From contig CAYLWC010000006.1 in NCBI GenBank assembly GCA_964387265.1, positions 21,272 through 85,271 of the forward strand: a stretch of DNA of 64,000 nt. The letters run 5' to 3'. Position 1 is the first letter of the stretch. Every line of letters starts with the position of its first letter. The notes under the pieces were generated by a model that saw only the letters and a program-made list of their open reading frames with translations, was not told the DNA's origin and did no database searches. This document shows, piece after piece, positions 36,873 through 46,213 of this stretch. Source of the DNA: an uncultured Vampirovibrionales bacterium (GTDB taxonomy: Bacteria; Cyanobacteriota; Vampirovibrionia; Vampirovibrionales; Vampirovibrionaceae). The translations under genes were made by a program, and so were the position numbers.

Positions 36873-37628
36873 TTACCGTTGAATGATGAAATCTTCAAAG
36901 TTAATGCGGACGACTTTGTATCTGGAATCGAGGAACTGGTTTACCTCGGCCATAATATCGTCCTTAAGGGCCTCTTGCCCCTCCAGGGTAGAGAGATTCC
37001 CCGCGGTCCGCTTCATCAACGCCGCGTTAATAACATCTCGCATGGTGGGGACATACTTACCCATATTATTTCTGAAGGCGTCCAGACATCCGACCACTGG
37101 GTCAGCGGGCGCTCCGCCACCGGATGCCAGTAATTCCCGATCTACAGGGACGGCAGCACCCACGATCTGACCGTTGGCATCTGCCGGTAACATGGCATGA
37201 TGTCCGATGCTGTAGCAGTCTTCTTCAGGGGGGACGCTAATATTTAGGGACATCTTGGTTCTCAGGTACTGATTGCCGCCAAGGTTCGGATCGGTTTTCA
37301 GGTTCACCATAAACTCATCCAGTTCCAGGTTCAGGCCGACTTTAGAAGCGTGAGCGGTTTCACCATGCCCACCTTCAGCGCTGTTGCCCAACGCATGGGG
37401 AATTTGCTCCACGATGGCTGGAACCAGAACTATCGGGGCGAGAAAGTAAATGGAGCCGACCGAAGCGCCGACAGAAGAGATGACAATGGCCAGCAGGGTG
37501 ACAATAAATTTCAGGTCGAGGCCAACGCCACCGGCGCCACCACTCACTGCCGCAGCTTGTATCGGTGTCGGGGCGACTTCCCCTTCCGCTTTCGGTTTCA
37601 AGTCTTTAGGTTTGGTTGGTCTGGCCAT
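36873..37628 (-). CDS. fliL: Flagellar basal body-associated protein FliL (long form).
   Basis: Single N-terminal TM helix and C-terminal FliL-like region ending VVRINFEDFIIQ. Position between motB and fliM. Confidence 0.65.
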   Translation of the reverse strand: MARPTKPKDLKPKAEGEVAPTPIQAAAVSGGAGGVGLDLKFIVTLLAIVISSVGASVGSIYFLAPIVLVPAIVEQIPHALGNSAEGGHGETAHASKVGLNLELDEFMVNLKTDPNLGGNQYLRTKMSLNISVPPEEDCYSIGHHAMLPADANGQIVGAAVPVDRELLASGGGAPADPVVGCLDAFRNNMGKYVPTMRDVINAALMKRTAGNLSTLEGQEALKDDIMAEVNQFLDSRYKVVRINFEDFIIQR

Positions 37629-37636
37629 CGTTCAGT

Positions 37637-38617
37637 CTATCCTCTCGCTCTTCCCTGTGTTTCTTGCGTTGTGGAGGACAACGCGTTTTGTGTTGGCTTT
37701 GTTCTGGATGTTTGAATGTTTTGTGGTCCTGATAAACCTTTTGTAACTTGAGGTTTCGCCACCTGGGCCGAACCCGGCTCCTGCTGCGCCCCAAGACGAT
37801 TCAATATCACTATATCGACTCGCCGGTTTTTTTGTTTCCCTTCAATGGAGGAATTCTCGGCAATCGGATGATATTCTCCATAACCTGTGGCGGACAACTG
37901 GTCTGGCTTGAAGTGATGTTTGGAAATCAGGTATTTTAAGATATTTGTCGCCCTTGCGGTTGAAAGCTCCCAGTTGGATGGGTATTTTGCGGTTGCGATG
38001 GGTGTGTTATCCGTGTGGCCTTCTACTCTGATTGGACGAGAAACTTCCTGGAGAGAAATTGCCAATTGATCCAGGGTGGTTTTGGCATTGGATGTCAGAT
38101 CGGCGGACCCTAATGGGAATAAAATATTTTCCTCCATGGAAATGACCACGCCGCGTTCTTCTCTGGAAACGCTGATGCCAGACTGGATCTTCAGATCTTG
38201 AGCAATCATATCTTCCAACAGCATGTCCTCTGGGTGAATTGAAGTATCATCGTCTGACATGGGTGAACCTGTTTGGGATATCGGTAAATTGTTCTCGGAA
38301 TTGAGGGACTGGGCTGTGATTAATAGCGTATTTTGCTGTTGTAACGAGTTCTGAAGCTGCTCAGAGTAAATTTTGAGTGTCTCGTTATCCACTTTGGAAA
38401 GGGAGAATAAGACCATAAAGAGCCCTAAAAGCAGGGTGAGCAAATCGGCATAAGGAATCATCCACCGGGAGTGCCCGGTTTGGGTAATGCTATCCACTTC
38501 CAGATCCAATGCTTCCAGTTTTCGCAACATGCTGGCACCCCGAGAACCGGATCTGACCGGCGTGGAACGTTTGGGTCTGGCGGGGGTGCTACCGCCTGGC
38601 TTTAGCAGGGAACGCAT
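37637..38617 (-). CDS. motB: Flagellar motor stator protein MotB (OmpA-like peptidoglycan-binding C-terminus).
   Basis: N-terminal TM with conserved Asp context (WMIPYADLLTLLLGLFMVLF) and OmpA-like motif (RVEGHTDNTPIATAKYPSNWELSTARATNI). The start may be the internal Met near 38530. Confidence 0.8.
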   Translation of the reverse strand: MRSLLKPGGSTPARPKRSTPVRSGSRGASMLRKLEALDLEVDSITQTGHSRWMIPYADLLTLLLGLFMVLFSLSKVDNETLKIYSEQLQNSLQQQNTLLITAQSLNSENNLPISQTGSPMSDDDTSIHPEDMLLEDMIAQDLKIQSGISVSREERGVVISMEENILFPLGSADLTSNAKTTLDQLAISLQEVSRPIRVEGHTDNTPIATAKYPSNWELSTARATNILKYLISKHHFKPDQLSATGYGEYHPIAENSSIEGKQKNRRVDIVILNRLGAQQEPGSAQVAKPQVTKGLSGPQNIQTSRTKPTQNALSSTTQETQGRARG

Positions 38618-38620
38618 CGT

Positions 38621-39478
38621 TTAAACCTCGCTCAGGATGTTATCCAGTATCTCATCTGGAACAGGCCCGGCGTGAGCAGGTAGATTCCCAACGGAAAGGC
38701 CAGCAGTTGAAGTGATTGTGTTGCCCCCTAAAAAGGCATTGAGTTTTTGCTCCATGATAATCGGGTGATCCCCGGTTCGGATACTGATAATGGCTTCGAG
38801 CAACAGGGTTTTGATAAACCAGTCTTCTCGCGCCCGCTGTTTTAACTTGCCAGCAATGGGCAAAAGAAACAGGTTGGAGATGGCGACCCCGTAAAGCGTG
38901 GCGCTAAAGGCGCTGGCCACCCCTTGACCCAGGTGGGCAGGATCATGAAATGAATTAACCACATAAATCAATCCGATAATGGCTCCGATAATTCCCATGG
39001 TAGGGGCAAACCCACCGGCGGTTTCAAATACGCGGGCGTAGTCCATTTGTTCCCGGTAGGCCACTTCAATTTCTGTAGAGAGGCTATCTCGAATAAAGCT
39101 TTCCTGACGGTTATCCACCACCAGCTCAAGTCCTTTTTTCAAAAACGGAATTTCCACGCTGGGGAGCATGGGCTGAAGGGCCAGAATTCCCTCTTCCCGA
39201 ATAAAACTCACTACGTCCAGCACGTAATTCAGACAATGGCGTGGGGAATGGGGAGAATGATAAAAGCACTCCACGAGGGCGCCGATGGCGTTGTTTAGGG
39301 TCTTGAAGTTAAAACTGACTAGCGTGGCGGTGGTTGTTCCGCCAAATACGATTAATAACGCTTCCGGGCTAAGCAAGGTGCCCAGAGGCACCTGTCCCAG
39401 TACCAAAGCGGCCACCAGGATGAAAAATCCAAATGCCAGACCGACTAAACAGGAAGAATCAAATTTTTTCGAATCCAT
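38621..39478 (-). CDS. motA: Flagellar motor stator protein MotA (MotA/TolQ/ExbB proton channel family).
   Basis: Four TM helices and a C-terminal MotA/ExbB channel signature (PTMGIIGAIIGLI...ATLYGVAISNLFLLPIAGKL). Start chosen at MDSKKFD, while the ORF extends to 39556. Confidence 0.8.
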   Translation of the reverse strand: MDSKKFDSSCLVGLAFGFFILVAALVLGQVPLGTLLSPEALLIVFGGTTTATLVSFNFKTLNNAIGALVECFYHSPHSPRHCLNYVLDVVSFIREEGILALQPMLPSVEIPFLKKGLELVVDNRQESFIRDSLSTEIEVAYREQMDYARVFETAGGFAPTMGIIGAIIGLIYVVNSFHDPAHLGQGVASAFSATLYGVAISNLFLLPIAGKLKQRAREDWFIKTLLLEAIISIRTGDHPIIMEQKLNAFLGGNTITSTAGLSVGNLPAHAGPVPDEILDNILSEV

Positions 39479-40074
39479 ACCACCGGATACCCCATGGGAT
39501 ATTACACACTCTCTTTGTTTAGCGTAGTGGATGGACGGATGGCTTTCCTCCTCCAAATTCAGGAGAGAGAAAAAATTCGGCGTAAATCCGGGTCAGCGTA
39601 GAAAAGCAATCATGACCGATCCGGCTCCCGCAACGCCGATAAAATATCGAAGCTTTACAAAAGTTAATATTCTCTGGTGGACAGTTGCTTCACTGTAAAA
39701 AAATCAGGCGGGCGGTAAAAAATCGGGAAAGCCAAACTGTTGAGGTTATTTAATTCTGTTTTTCAGAATCTTAATTTTGTAAAAGTGAAAAAACGATTGT
39801 ATTAGACTCAATAAATGTTTGCTGTATCCACCATACTCATAGGTGAGTTCTGATATAATGATAGCCTAAAAGGTTCAGCTCAGACTTCAGTAAGTCAAAC
39901 GCTGAACAGTGTTGTTTGTGAGGTTGTTTTAAGTAATCCAAACCAATGAGAATTACTTGGTGACAATTGTTTCAGGATGAACAACCTAATCAGTTTACAG
40001 CTATCTTCTTACTTTGGTGAAAAAATGTCAACCCCTAGTGATAAAACGTTTTTTTGATAAGTTAGAAATATGAT

Positions 40075-40392
40075 ATGAAGTGGTTTTTCGGGCAATATAT
40101 TGACCAACTGCGAGTTCGAAAGGGCTGGTCAAAAAGTCAGTTGGCAAAGGAAACCGGACTGTCGACAGGATACATTTCCTGGCTGATCCACGGTGAAACC
40201 TCGGGGAAAACAAACCCTCCCAATCTAACGATTGACACGTTATTGGCGCTTTCGCGCGCCTTGGGTATCTCTGTTGAGGATCTGGTGATTGCCTACCAGG
40301 GTAAGGATCCTCTGGATGAAAAGACGAATGGTCGTTCCCCCATGGATTTACTGGAAGAGGCATTACGGCTCCTCAACCATGAAAAGCTCTAG
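40075..40392 (+). CDS. XRE-family helix-turn-helix transcriptional regulator.
   Basis: HTH_XRE motif (SQLAKETGLSTGYISWLIHGE...NLTIDTLLALSRALGISVEDL). 105 aa. Confidence 0.7.
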   Translation: MKWFFGQYIDQLRVRKGWSKSQLAKETGLSTGYISWLIHGETSGKTNPPNLTIDTLLALSRALGISVEDLVIAYQGKDPLDEKTNGRSPMDLLEEALRLLNHEKL

Positions 40393-40432
40393 GAAAAAGC
40401 TCTAATTGAGAGGAAAAATACTCTTTAGAAAG

Positions 40433-40810
40433 CTATACCGGGAGCTGAATGGGTTTTTCGGAGGTCGGCACATTTTGTCGATCGACAAAAACCAGACGGG
40501 GCTTCCATCCAAGGCCTTCTGAAACAGGAATCTGGGTGTAAGAAGCAATGATAATTAAATTCCCCTTTTGCGCACGGTGGGCGGCGGCACCGTTAATCTG
40601 GATAACACCAGAATGTGGCTCCCCTTCGATGGCATAGGTGGTGAAACGCTGGCCGTTGGTAATGTTATAGACGTCGATCTGCTGGTATTCAACCATACCG
40701 GCCAGATCCATCAGGTGTTTATCAATGGTCAGGCTACCTTCATAGTGTAAGTCGGCATCGGTCACGGTGGCTCGATGAATTTTCGAATATAGAACAGTAA
40801 TCTGCTGCAT
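40433..40810 (-). CDS. panD: Aspartate 1-decarboxylase.
   Basis: KIHRATVT N-terminal motif, the G-S self-cleavage site (YEGS), and NGAAA motif. Confidence 0.9.
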   Translation of the reverse strand: MQQITVLYSKIHRATVTDADLHYEGSLTIDKHLMDLAGMVEYQQIDVYNITNGQRFTTYAIEGEPHSGVIQINGAAAHRAQKGNLIIIASYTQIPVSEGLGWKPRLVFVDRQNVPTSEKPIQLPV

Positions 40811-41003
40811 AGCTTCGCCCTTTGTCTGAGGCTGTTGGGTTTTCTGGGGATGATATTATTGTGACACAGTCAGTAATGGCGTATCAATATTTTAAAAACG
40901 TCCGGGTCGATGGAATTGATATTCCACGCGGTGATTTTTTCCTCTGAGTGAGAGTTTAGCGTATAATTCAAGATATCAACGTTATTACGAGGGATGGGTA
41001 GCC

Positions 41004-42218
41004 ATGAATTTTGATTTGACCCCTGAACAGAGAGAAATCTGGCTCTGGGCCAAGGATTTTGCCGATAAGGAAATTGCGCCGGTGGTGGCTCGTAACGACC
41101 AGGCTGAAAAGTTTGACTGGGATCTGTACAAAAAGATTTCGGAACAGGGCTTTTTAAGTGCCATTATGCCTGAAGAGTATGGGGGCCAGGGGATTGATCA
41201 TATTGCCTACGCCCTGATGACCGAAGAAATTGCCCGAGTCTGCTCCTCGACCCGTACCTTGTTCTCCGTGCAAATTTCCCTGGTGCAGAAGCCGATTCTG
41301 GAGTTCGGCACCCCGGAACAAAAAGAAAAGTACCTGCCCAAGCTGGCCAGTGGCGAGATGATTGGCTGCTTCGGTTTGACGGAACCCAACGCAGGCAGCG
41401 ATGCCGGTAATCAGCAAACCACCGCAACCGAAGACGGGGATTATTATATTCTCAACGGGCAAAAGACCTGGATCTCCAACGGTAGCATCGCCAACCTGGC
41501 CCTGGTGATTGCCCAGGCTGATAAATCCAAGGCCCATAAAGGGATTTGCGCCTTTCTCGTAGAAACCGATACCCCTGGCTTTTCGGCGCGGGAAATCAAG
41601 CCCAAGCTGGGCTTACGCGCCTCCGACACATCGGAATTGTTTTTAGATAACGTTCGGGTCCATAAGAGCCAGATGCTGGGGAAATTCGGCGAAGGCTTCA
41701 AAGTCGCCATGTACTGTCTGGATCAGGGCCGCTTCAGTGTGGCTGCCGGTTCTGTCGGCGTGTCTCAAGGCTGTCTGGATATTTCCACCAAGTACGCCAT
41801 GGAGCGTCAGGCATTCGGGCAGAAAATCGGTGAGTTTCAGATGATTCAGCAGATGATTGCCGATATGGCGGCGGATGCGGAAGCGGGCCGTCTGTTGGTA
41901 TTGCGAGCCGCCTGGAAAAAAGATCAGGGTGTCCGTAATACCCGTGAAACTTCACTGGCCAAGCTGTTTTGTGCGGAAGCGGCGATTCGGGCCAGCTACA
42001 ACGCGGTTCAGATTTTTGGCGGGTATGGCTTCTCCGAAGAATACCCGGCGGCCCGATACTACCGGGATGCCCGCGTCCTGAACCTGTATGAAGGTACCAG
42101 CCAGATTCACCGGATGATTATTGCCCAGGATGAATTGGGTATCCGTCCGGCCAATGGCCCAGGGAGCCCCCACAATCCGGTGGATCGACTGACGCCGGTT
42201 CAGCAACTGGTTCATTAA
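41004..42218 (+). CDS. Acyl-CoA dehydrogenase (short/branched-chain or glutaryl-CoA dehydrogenase-like).
   Basis: ACAD N-terminal, middle (CFGLTEPNAGSD) and C-terminal (IFGGYGFSEEYPAARYYRDARV, YEGT) domains. Confidence 0.85.
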   Translation: MNFDLTPEQREIWLWAKDFADKEIAPVVARNDQAEKFDWDLYKKISEQGFLSAIMPEEYGGQGIDHIAYALMTEEIARVCSSTRTLFSVQISLVQKPILEFGTPEQKEKYLPKLASGEMIGCFGLTEPNAGSDAGNQQTTATEDGDYYILNGQKTWISNGSIANLALVIAQADKSKAHKGICAFLVETDTPGFSAREIKPKLGLRASDTSELFLDNVRVHKSQMLGKFGEGFKVAMYCLDQGRFSVAAGSVGVSQGCLDISTKYAMERQAFGQKIGEFQMIQQMIADMAADAEAGRLLVLRAAWKKDQGVRNTRETSLAKLFCAEAAIRASYNAVQIFGGYGFSEEYPAARYYRDARVLNLYEGTSQIHRMIIAQDELGIRPANGPGSPHNPVDRLTPVQQLVH

Positions 42219-42282
42219 GAAATGACTGTCGGGGTGTCTTTCGGGACACCCCGGTTTTTGGATATAATCCCATTGAATACTG

Positions 42283-43251
42283 TTGGGTAAAAGATTGCTG
42301 TCGATGGCCCTCTTGAACAAACTGATCGTCTTGCTGCTGCCGCTGGCTCCCAAGCCGCTGGTTAAACAATTTGCTCGCCGTTACGTAGCCGGGGAAACCA
42401 TGGAGGAGATGCTGGGGGTGGTCCGGCGGTTTAACCGAGACGGCGTGCTGTGTACCGTCGACTTGCTCGGTGAGTTCATCCACCGCAAAGAGCAGGCACA
42501 GGAGGCGGTAGACGCATACAAGCGAATTTTACAGGCGATTCACCAAGAGCAGCTGGATGCCAATGTGTCGGTTAAGCTTTCCCAGATGGGGCTCCTGCTG
42601 GATAAGGAATTCTGTTACCAGATCGTGCGGGATCTGATGGCAACTGCCAGGGAATATGACAATTTTGTGCGAATTGATATGGAAGATTCCCCCTGCACCA
42701 CCGATACCATTGATATTTATCTCCGCTTGCGCCGGGAGTTCAAGAACGTAGGGATTGTTTTGCAAGCTTATCTGCGCCGGACGCTTGGGGATACCCGGGA
42801 AATTATCAATGCTGGGGCCGGACATTTCAGGCTGTGTAAGGGCATTTACGTGGAGCCCCGCCAGATTGCCTTTAAAGATCACCGGCTGATTAACAAGAAT
42901 TATACGCTGGTATTGGAAGAGATGATCAAGAACAAGGCCTATGTGGGCATCGCCACGCATAATGAAGAACTGGTCTGGGAAGCCATGAGGCTGATTGATC
43001 AATACAAGCTTCAGCGTCATGAATATGAGTTTCAGATGTTGCTTGGCGTGGATCCTGAATTGCGGAATATTATCCTGGATGGGAATCACCGGCTGCGGGT
43101 GTATGTCCCGTTTGGCAAGGAATGGTATGCCTATAGCATGCGACGGCTGAAGGAAAACCCGTCGATTGCCGGGCATATTCTTAAAAACCTGTTCAAACCT
43201 GGGGATATCCAGCGGGAAGAGCGCCGGGAAGTTCACCAACCTCTGCCCTGA
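42283..43251 (+). CDS. Proline dehydrogenase (monofunctional PutA-type PRODH TIM-barrel).
   Basis: Conserved PRODH motifs (VSVKLSQMG, RIDMEDS, GIATHNE, LLGV). About 320 aa. Confidence 0.8.
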   Translation: MGKRLLSMALLNKLIVLLLPLAPKPLVKQFARRYVAGETMEEMLGVVRRFNRDGVLCTVDLLGEFIHRKEQAQEAVDAYKRILQAIHQEQLDANVSVKLSQMGLLLDKEFCYQIVRDLMATAREYDNFVRIDMEDSPCTTDTIDIYLRLRREFKNVGIVLQAYLRRTLGDTREIINAGAGHFRLCKGIYVEPRQIAFKDHRLINKNYTLVLEEMIKNKAYVGIATHNEELVWEAMRLIDQYKLQRHEYEFQMLLGVDPELRNIILDGNHRLRVYVPFGKEWYAYSMRRLKENPSIAGHILKNLFKPGDIQREERREVHQPLP

Positions 43252-43276
43252 TTGCAGGGTCCTGATTCTAGAAAAC

Positions 43277-44953
43277 TTAACGTCTGAAAAGCTTTCTTAA
43301 GAGGGTTTCAAACAGGTATTCCACTTCCTCGACTTTAAAAGCCAGCGCGGTAACCAGGTAAATAAATGTCCCGATGGTGGATGTGAGGAGTAATTTAACG
43401 AGGGCCACGCCTTGTCCAATCGGAAGCCAGCGGAACGAAACCGATTGCAGGGCTAGATCCAGCAAGACCATGATGGCCACCATCACCACCCCAGCGGAAA
43501 GCAACTTGATAAAGGGAATCACCATCTCTTTAAAGCCCAGATCCGAAATATGCCGTTTCGATAAAACCCCAAGCAGGGTCATATTTAGTAAAGTAACAAG
43601 CGTTGTGGAAAGGGCGATCCCCCCCACCCCCAAGGGGCCGACGAGGAGCCAGTCAAAATAATAGTTAAAGCCAATGGCAATCAGTCCCACGATAAGCGGG
43701 GTTCTGGAGTCCTGAAAAGCATAAAACACTCTGGTAATAGAATCTCTGGCAAAGTAAGGCAACATGGAAAAGGCCAGAAAGAGAAGCGCGGTACTGACCA
43801 TTTGCGTATCCTCAGCGTCAAAGCTGCCGTGCTGGAACAACAGCCGCACAAACTCCTCCCCATACCAAAGGAGCAGCACCAGAATCGGGATGCTGATAAA
43901 CCAGAGAGAAATCACGCCTCCTTTAAAATACCGCTTCACGCCCTCAAAATTCTGCTCGACCACATACCGGCTGAACAAGGGGAAGATGGGAACCAGCAAG
44001 GCGGTTTGCAGCACGCCAATAGGGAGCTGGATCAGGCGGTTCCCCATCACAATGGCGGCCCAGCCCCCTTCTTGCAGTTCTTTGGTAAAAAACATATCCA
44101 CGTACACATTCATCTGGCCAATGCTGGTGCCAATGATGGCTGGGAATAACAGCTCGCCAATTTGCTTGAGTTCTGGGGCGTTCCACTGAAAGTCCGGTTT
44201 CAGGGAAAATTTTTGCTTGAAAAAAACCGGAAGCTGGAGCAACAGCTGAAAAATACCGCCGACCAACGTGGACCAGGCCAGAATCATGCCGCTTTCCCCA
44301 TGGGGGAAGACAAATAAAGCGATGAGCATGACAATACTCAACGCCGCTGGAGAAAAGGAAGGCCAAAAGAAACTGTTATAGACGTTTAGCAGACCGTAAA
44401 AAATACCGACCAAGCCGCCAATCCAAATGACCGGGCTCATGATCCTCAGCTGGGCGGCGGCCACCTGAACCAGTTCTGGCCGGGTGGAACTGAGAATCGT
44501 GCGCATGATGGGTTCGGCGTACATGTATACCAGAACCGAGAGGCCGACAAAGACAATGCTGGTCAGGGTAATAAACGTGTTGGCCAGTTGCTTGGCTCGG
44601 GTATCCGGGACGTCATGTTCCTTGAGCATCCGTGAAAAAACGGCGACCGTGGCGGTATGAAATGGCCCTCCAAGCCCCCCCAGCAGAATAATGGCAAACG
44701 ATGGAATCTGGAACGCCGCAAAATACGCGTCGGTGGCCAAAGAGGCCCCAAAGGCGTTCATGATCTTCCAGTCCCGCAGAAATCCGAGAACTTTACTCAA
44801 GATGGTTACAAAAGCAATCAGGGAGGCTGCCCGTATCAGTTTCCCACTGTGGGATACTTTGGCAGCCGGGTTTTGGGTGGTTTCAGAGGAAGCGTTGTTG
44901 TTATCACCGGATGGTGAGGTTGCGGGGTGTTGTTGGGAAGGCATAATGCCCAT
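43277..44953 (-). CDS. murJ: Lipid II flippase MurJ (MviN).
   Basis: ILSKVLGFLRDWKIMNAFGASLATDAYFAAFQIP N-terminal MurJ signature and 14 TM segments. Start chosen at MGIMPSQ, while the ORF extends to 45019. Confidence 0.85.
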   Translation of the reverse strand: MGIMPSQQHPATSPSGDNNNASSETTQNPAAKVSHSGKLIRAASLIAFVTILSKVLGFLRDWKIMNAFGASLATDAYFAAFQIPSFAIILLGGLGGPFHTATVAVFSRMLKEHDVPDTRAKQLANTFITLTSIVFVGLSVLVYMYAEPIMRTILSSTRPELVQVAAAQLRIMSPVIWIGGLVGIFYGLLNVYNSFFWPSFSPAALSIVMLIALFVFPHGESGMILAWSTLVGGIFQLLLQLPVFFKQKFSLKPDFQWNAPELKQIGELLFPAIIGTSIGQMNVYVDMFFTKELQEGGWAAIVMGNRLIQLPIGVLQTALLVPIFPLFSRYVVEQNFEGVKRYFKGGVISLWFISIPILVLLLWYGEEFVRLLFQHGSFDAEDTQMVSTALLFLAFSMLPYFARDSITRVFYAFQDSRTPLIVGLIAIGFNYYFDWLLVGPLGVGGIALSTTLVTLLNMTLLGVLSKRHISDLGFKEMVIPFIKLLSAGVVMVAIMVLLDLALQSVSFRWLPIGQGVALVKLLLTSTIGTFIYLVTALAFKVEEVEYLFETLLRKLFRR

Positions 44954-45097
44954 TATATCGCTTTTGTTAAGAAGATGAATCAGTTGGATCTGTTGACCGG
45001 TTCTGAAATTCCAACCCATGCGCCTGAGCCCGCTTATTGTTTTTACTTGAAGCGGGTCCTTTGGTAATGCTAGGATTGTTTCAACAAGAATAGGAAT

Positions 45098-45505
45098 GTG
45101 ATCTTGGCTGCATTTGAGGGAGCAACCAGTAAAATCGCATTGGGGAGATACCGCTTTTCAGCCCCCGTGCCACTTTCTTTTGGCCAAATAGTTCAATTTC
45201 CGGGGCTGTTTGCGATTTTGATCCGGCGTCGGGGACAAGGAAAGGAACAACTCCTCTATATTGGACATTCGGCTGACTTGAGCCGGAATCCCAGTGTTTG
45301 CGATACACTCATTCAGCGAATTTGTCGGCATGAGTATGGTGAAACCAATCAGGGGAAGCACCAGCTGCTGGTGGCATACTGCTTCCTGTCGGAACGGGAA
45401 GACCGGGTTGAAAGCGTCCGTGAATTGGTTCAGGTCTATCAACCCAGGTACAACCTGAGCGTCTCCGATGTTTCGGAAAGGGCGTTTCTGGAAGCCGCGT
45501 CCTGA
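45098..45505 (+). CDS. Hypothetical protein (weak GIY-YIG-like motif).
   Basis: Longest ORF in the murJ-bioD gap. GLFAIL...LLYIGHSADLSRN loosely resembles the GIY...YIG motif. Coding status is uncertain. Confidence 0.3.
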   Translation: MILAAFEGATSKIALGRYRFSAPVPLSFGQIVQFPGLFAILIRRRGQGKEQLLYIGHSADLSRNPSVCDTLIQRICRHEYGETNQGKHQLLVAYCFLSEREDRVESVRELVQVYQPRYNLSVSDVSERAFLEAAS

Positions 45506-45511
45506 AGACGA

Positions 45512-46213
45512 TCACGGAATCAACATATTCATCGCGCTTTGAATGGGTAAGAGATCAACGCCTGCTTCGGTTAAGCGGATCAGGTTCCCCTGTTGCATGG
45601 CTTCTACCGAAATACTGGGACTATAGGGTAGTTCTCCCAGGAACGGTACCCGGTATCGGTTGCTGATGTACAGGGTTTCCACGTCCCAGTGGGGAGTATG
45701 CACGGGTTGGGTTTCAATGCCAGCCCAGCCAATCACATTCGCACCCTGTTCCAGCAGATAGACCAGCGCCGGGACAAGCTCTGAGTATAAATGCGGGCTT
45801 TTGGGGGTGACCAGAAGAATTTTGACGCCCAGAACTCGGGCAAAATCCCCGACATCCACCACTTCCTGATCCTGAAATTTCAGAGGGGCAGCCACCGTAC
45901 CGGGGCTTTCAATCAGGGTGGGATAGGCCATTTTTCGGCAAATATCAATGACCCGGTTCCAGTCCAGGGTGGAAAGCTCATGGGGGGAAGGAGCACAGAT
46001 GGGGGTAACCGCTTGCAGGGGACGATTGATTAAGTCTAAAAAGGCCTGATCTAAATTGGGTTTTTCAATTTCAGAGAATGTGAGCGGTTTCACCGTTTGA
46101 ACCTGGAGTCCAACGGAGCGCATGGTCCCCGCAATGCCCGCAGTTAAAACAGTTTTACCGCATCGAGGGCGTGTGCCCGCTATAACTAATCCTTCAATGG
46201 GCTGAGGGGTCAT
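45512..46213 (-). CDS. Dethiobiotin synthetase-like P-loop ATPase (BioD / AAA_26 fold).
   Basis: N-terminal P-loop (VIAGTRPRCGKTVLTAGI, similar to GTDTxVGKT) and later ESPGT (EGAGG-like) motif. 233 aa. Confidence 0.6.
   Translation of the reverse strand: MTPQPIEGLVIAGTRPRCGKTVLTAGIAGTMRSVGLQVQTVKPLTFSEIEKPNLDQAFLDLINRPLQAVTPICAPSPHELSTLDWNRVIDICRKMAYPTLIESPGTVAAPLKFQDQEVVDVGDFARVLGVKILLVTPKSPHLYSELVPALVYLLEQGANVIGWAGIETQPVHTPHWDVETLYISNRYRVPFLGELPYSPSISVEAMQQGNLIRLTEAGVDLLPIQSAMNMLIP

Noticed and set aside
37637-39556. MotA/MotB homologs considered as ZorA/ZorB of a Zorya-type anti-phage system.
   Set aside because: They are immediately followed, with overlapping stops and starts, by fliL, fliM and fliY. 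No ZorC/ZorD-like genes are present, so this is a bona fide flagellar stator operon.
39630-39645. GCCGATAA, an exact match to the sigma-28 (FliA) -10 consensus, upstream of the motA operon.
   Set aside because: It lies on the plus strand while motA is on the minus strand, and there is no TAAA -35 at 15-16 bp spacing. On the minus strand only a partial TAAAGCTT -35-like motif exists, without a -10 partner.
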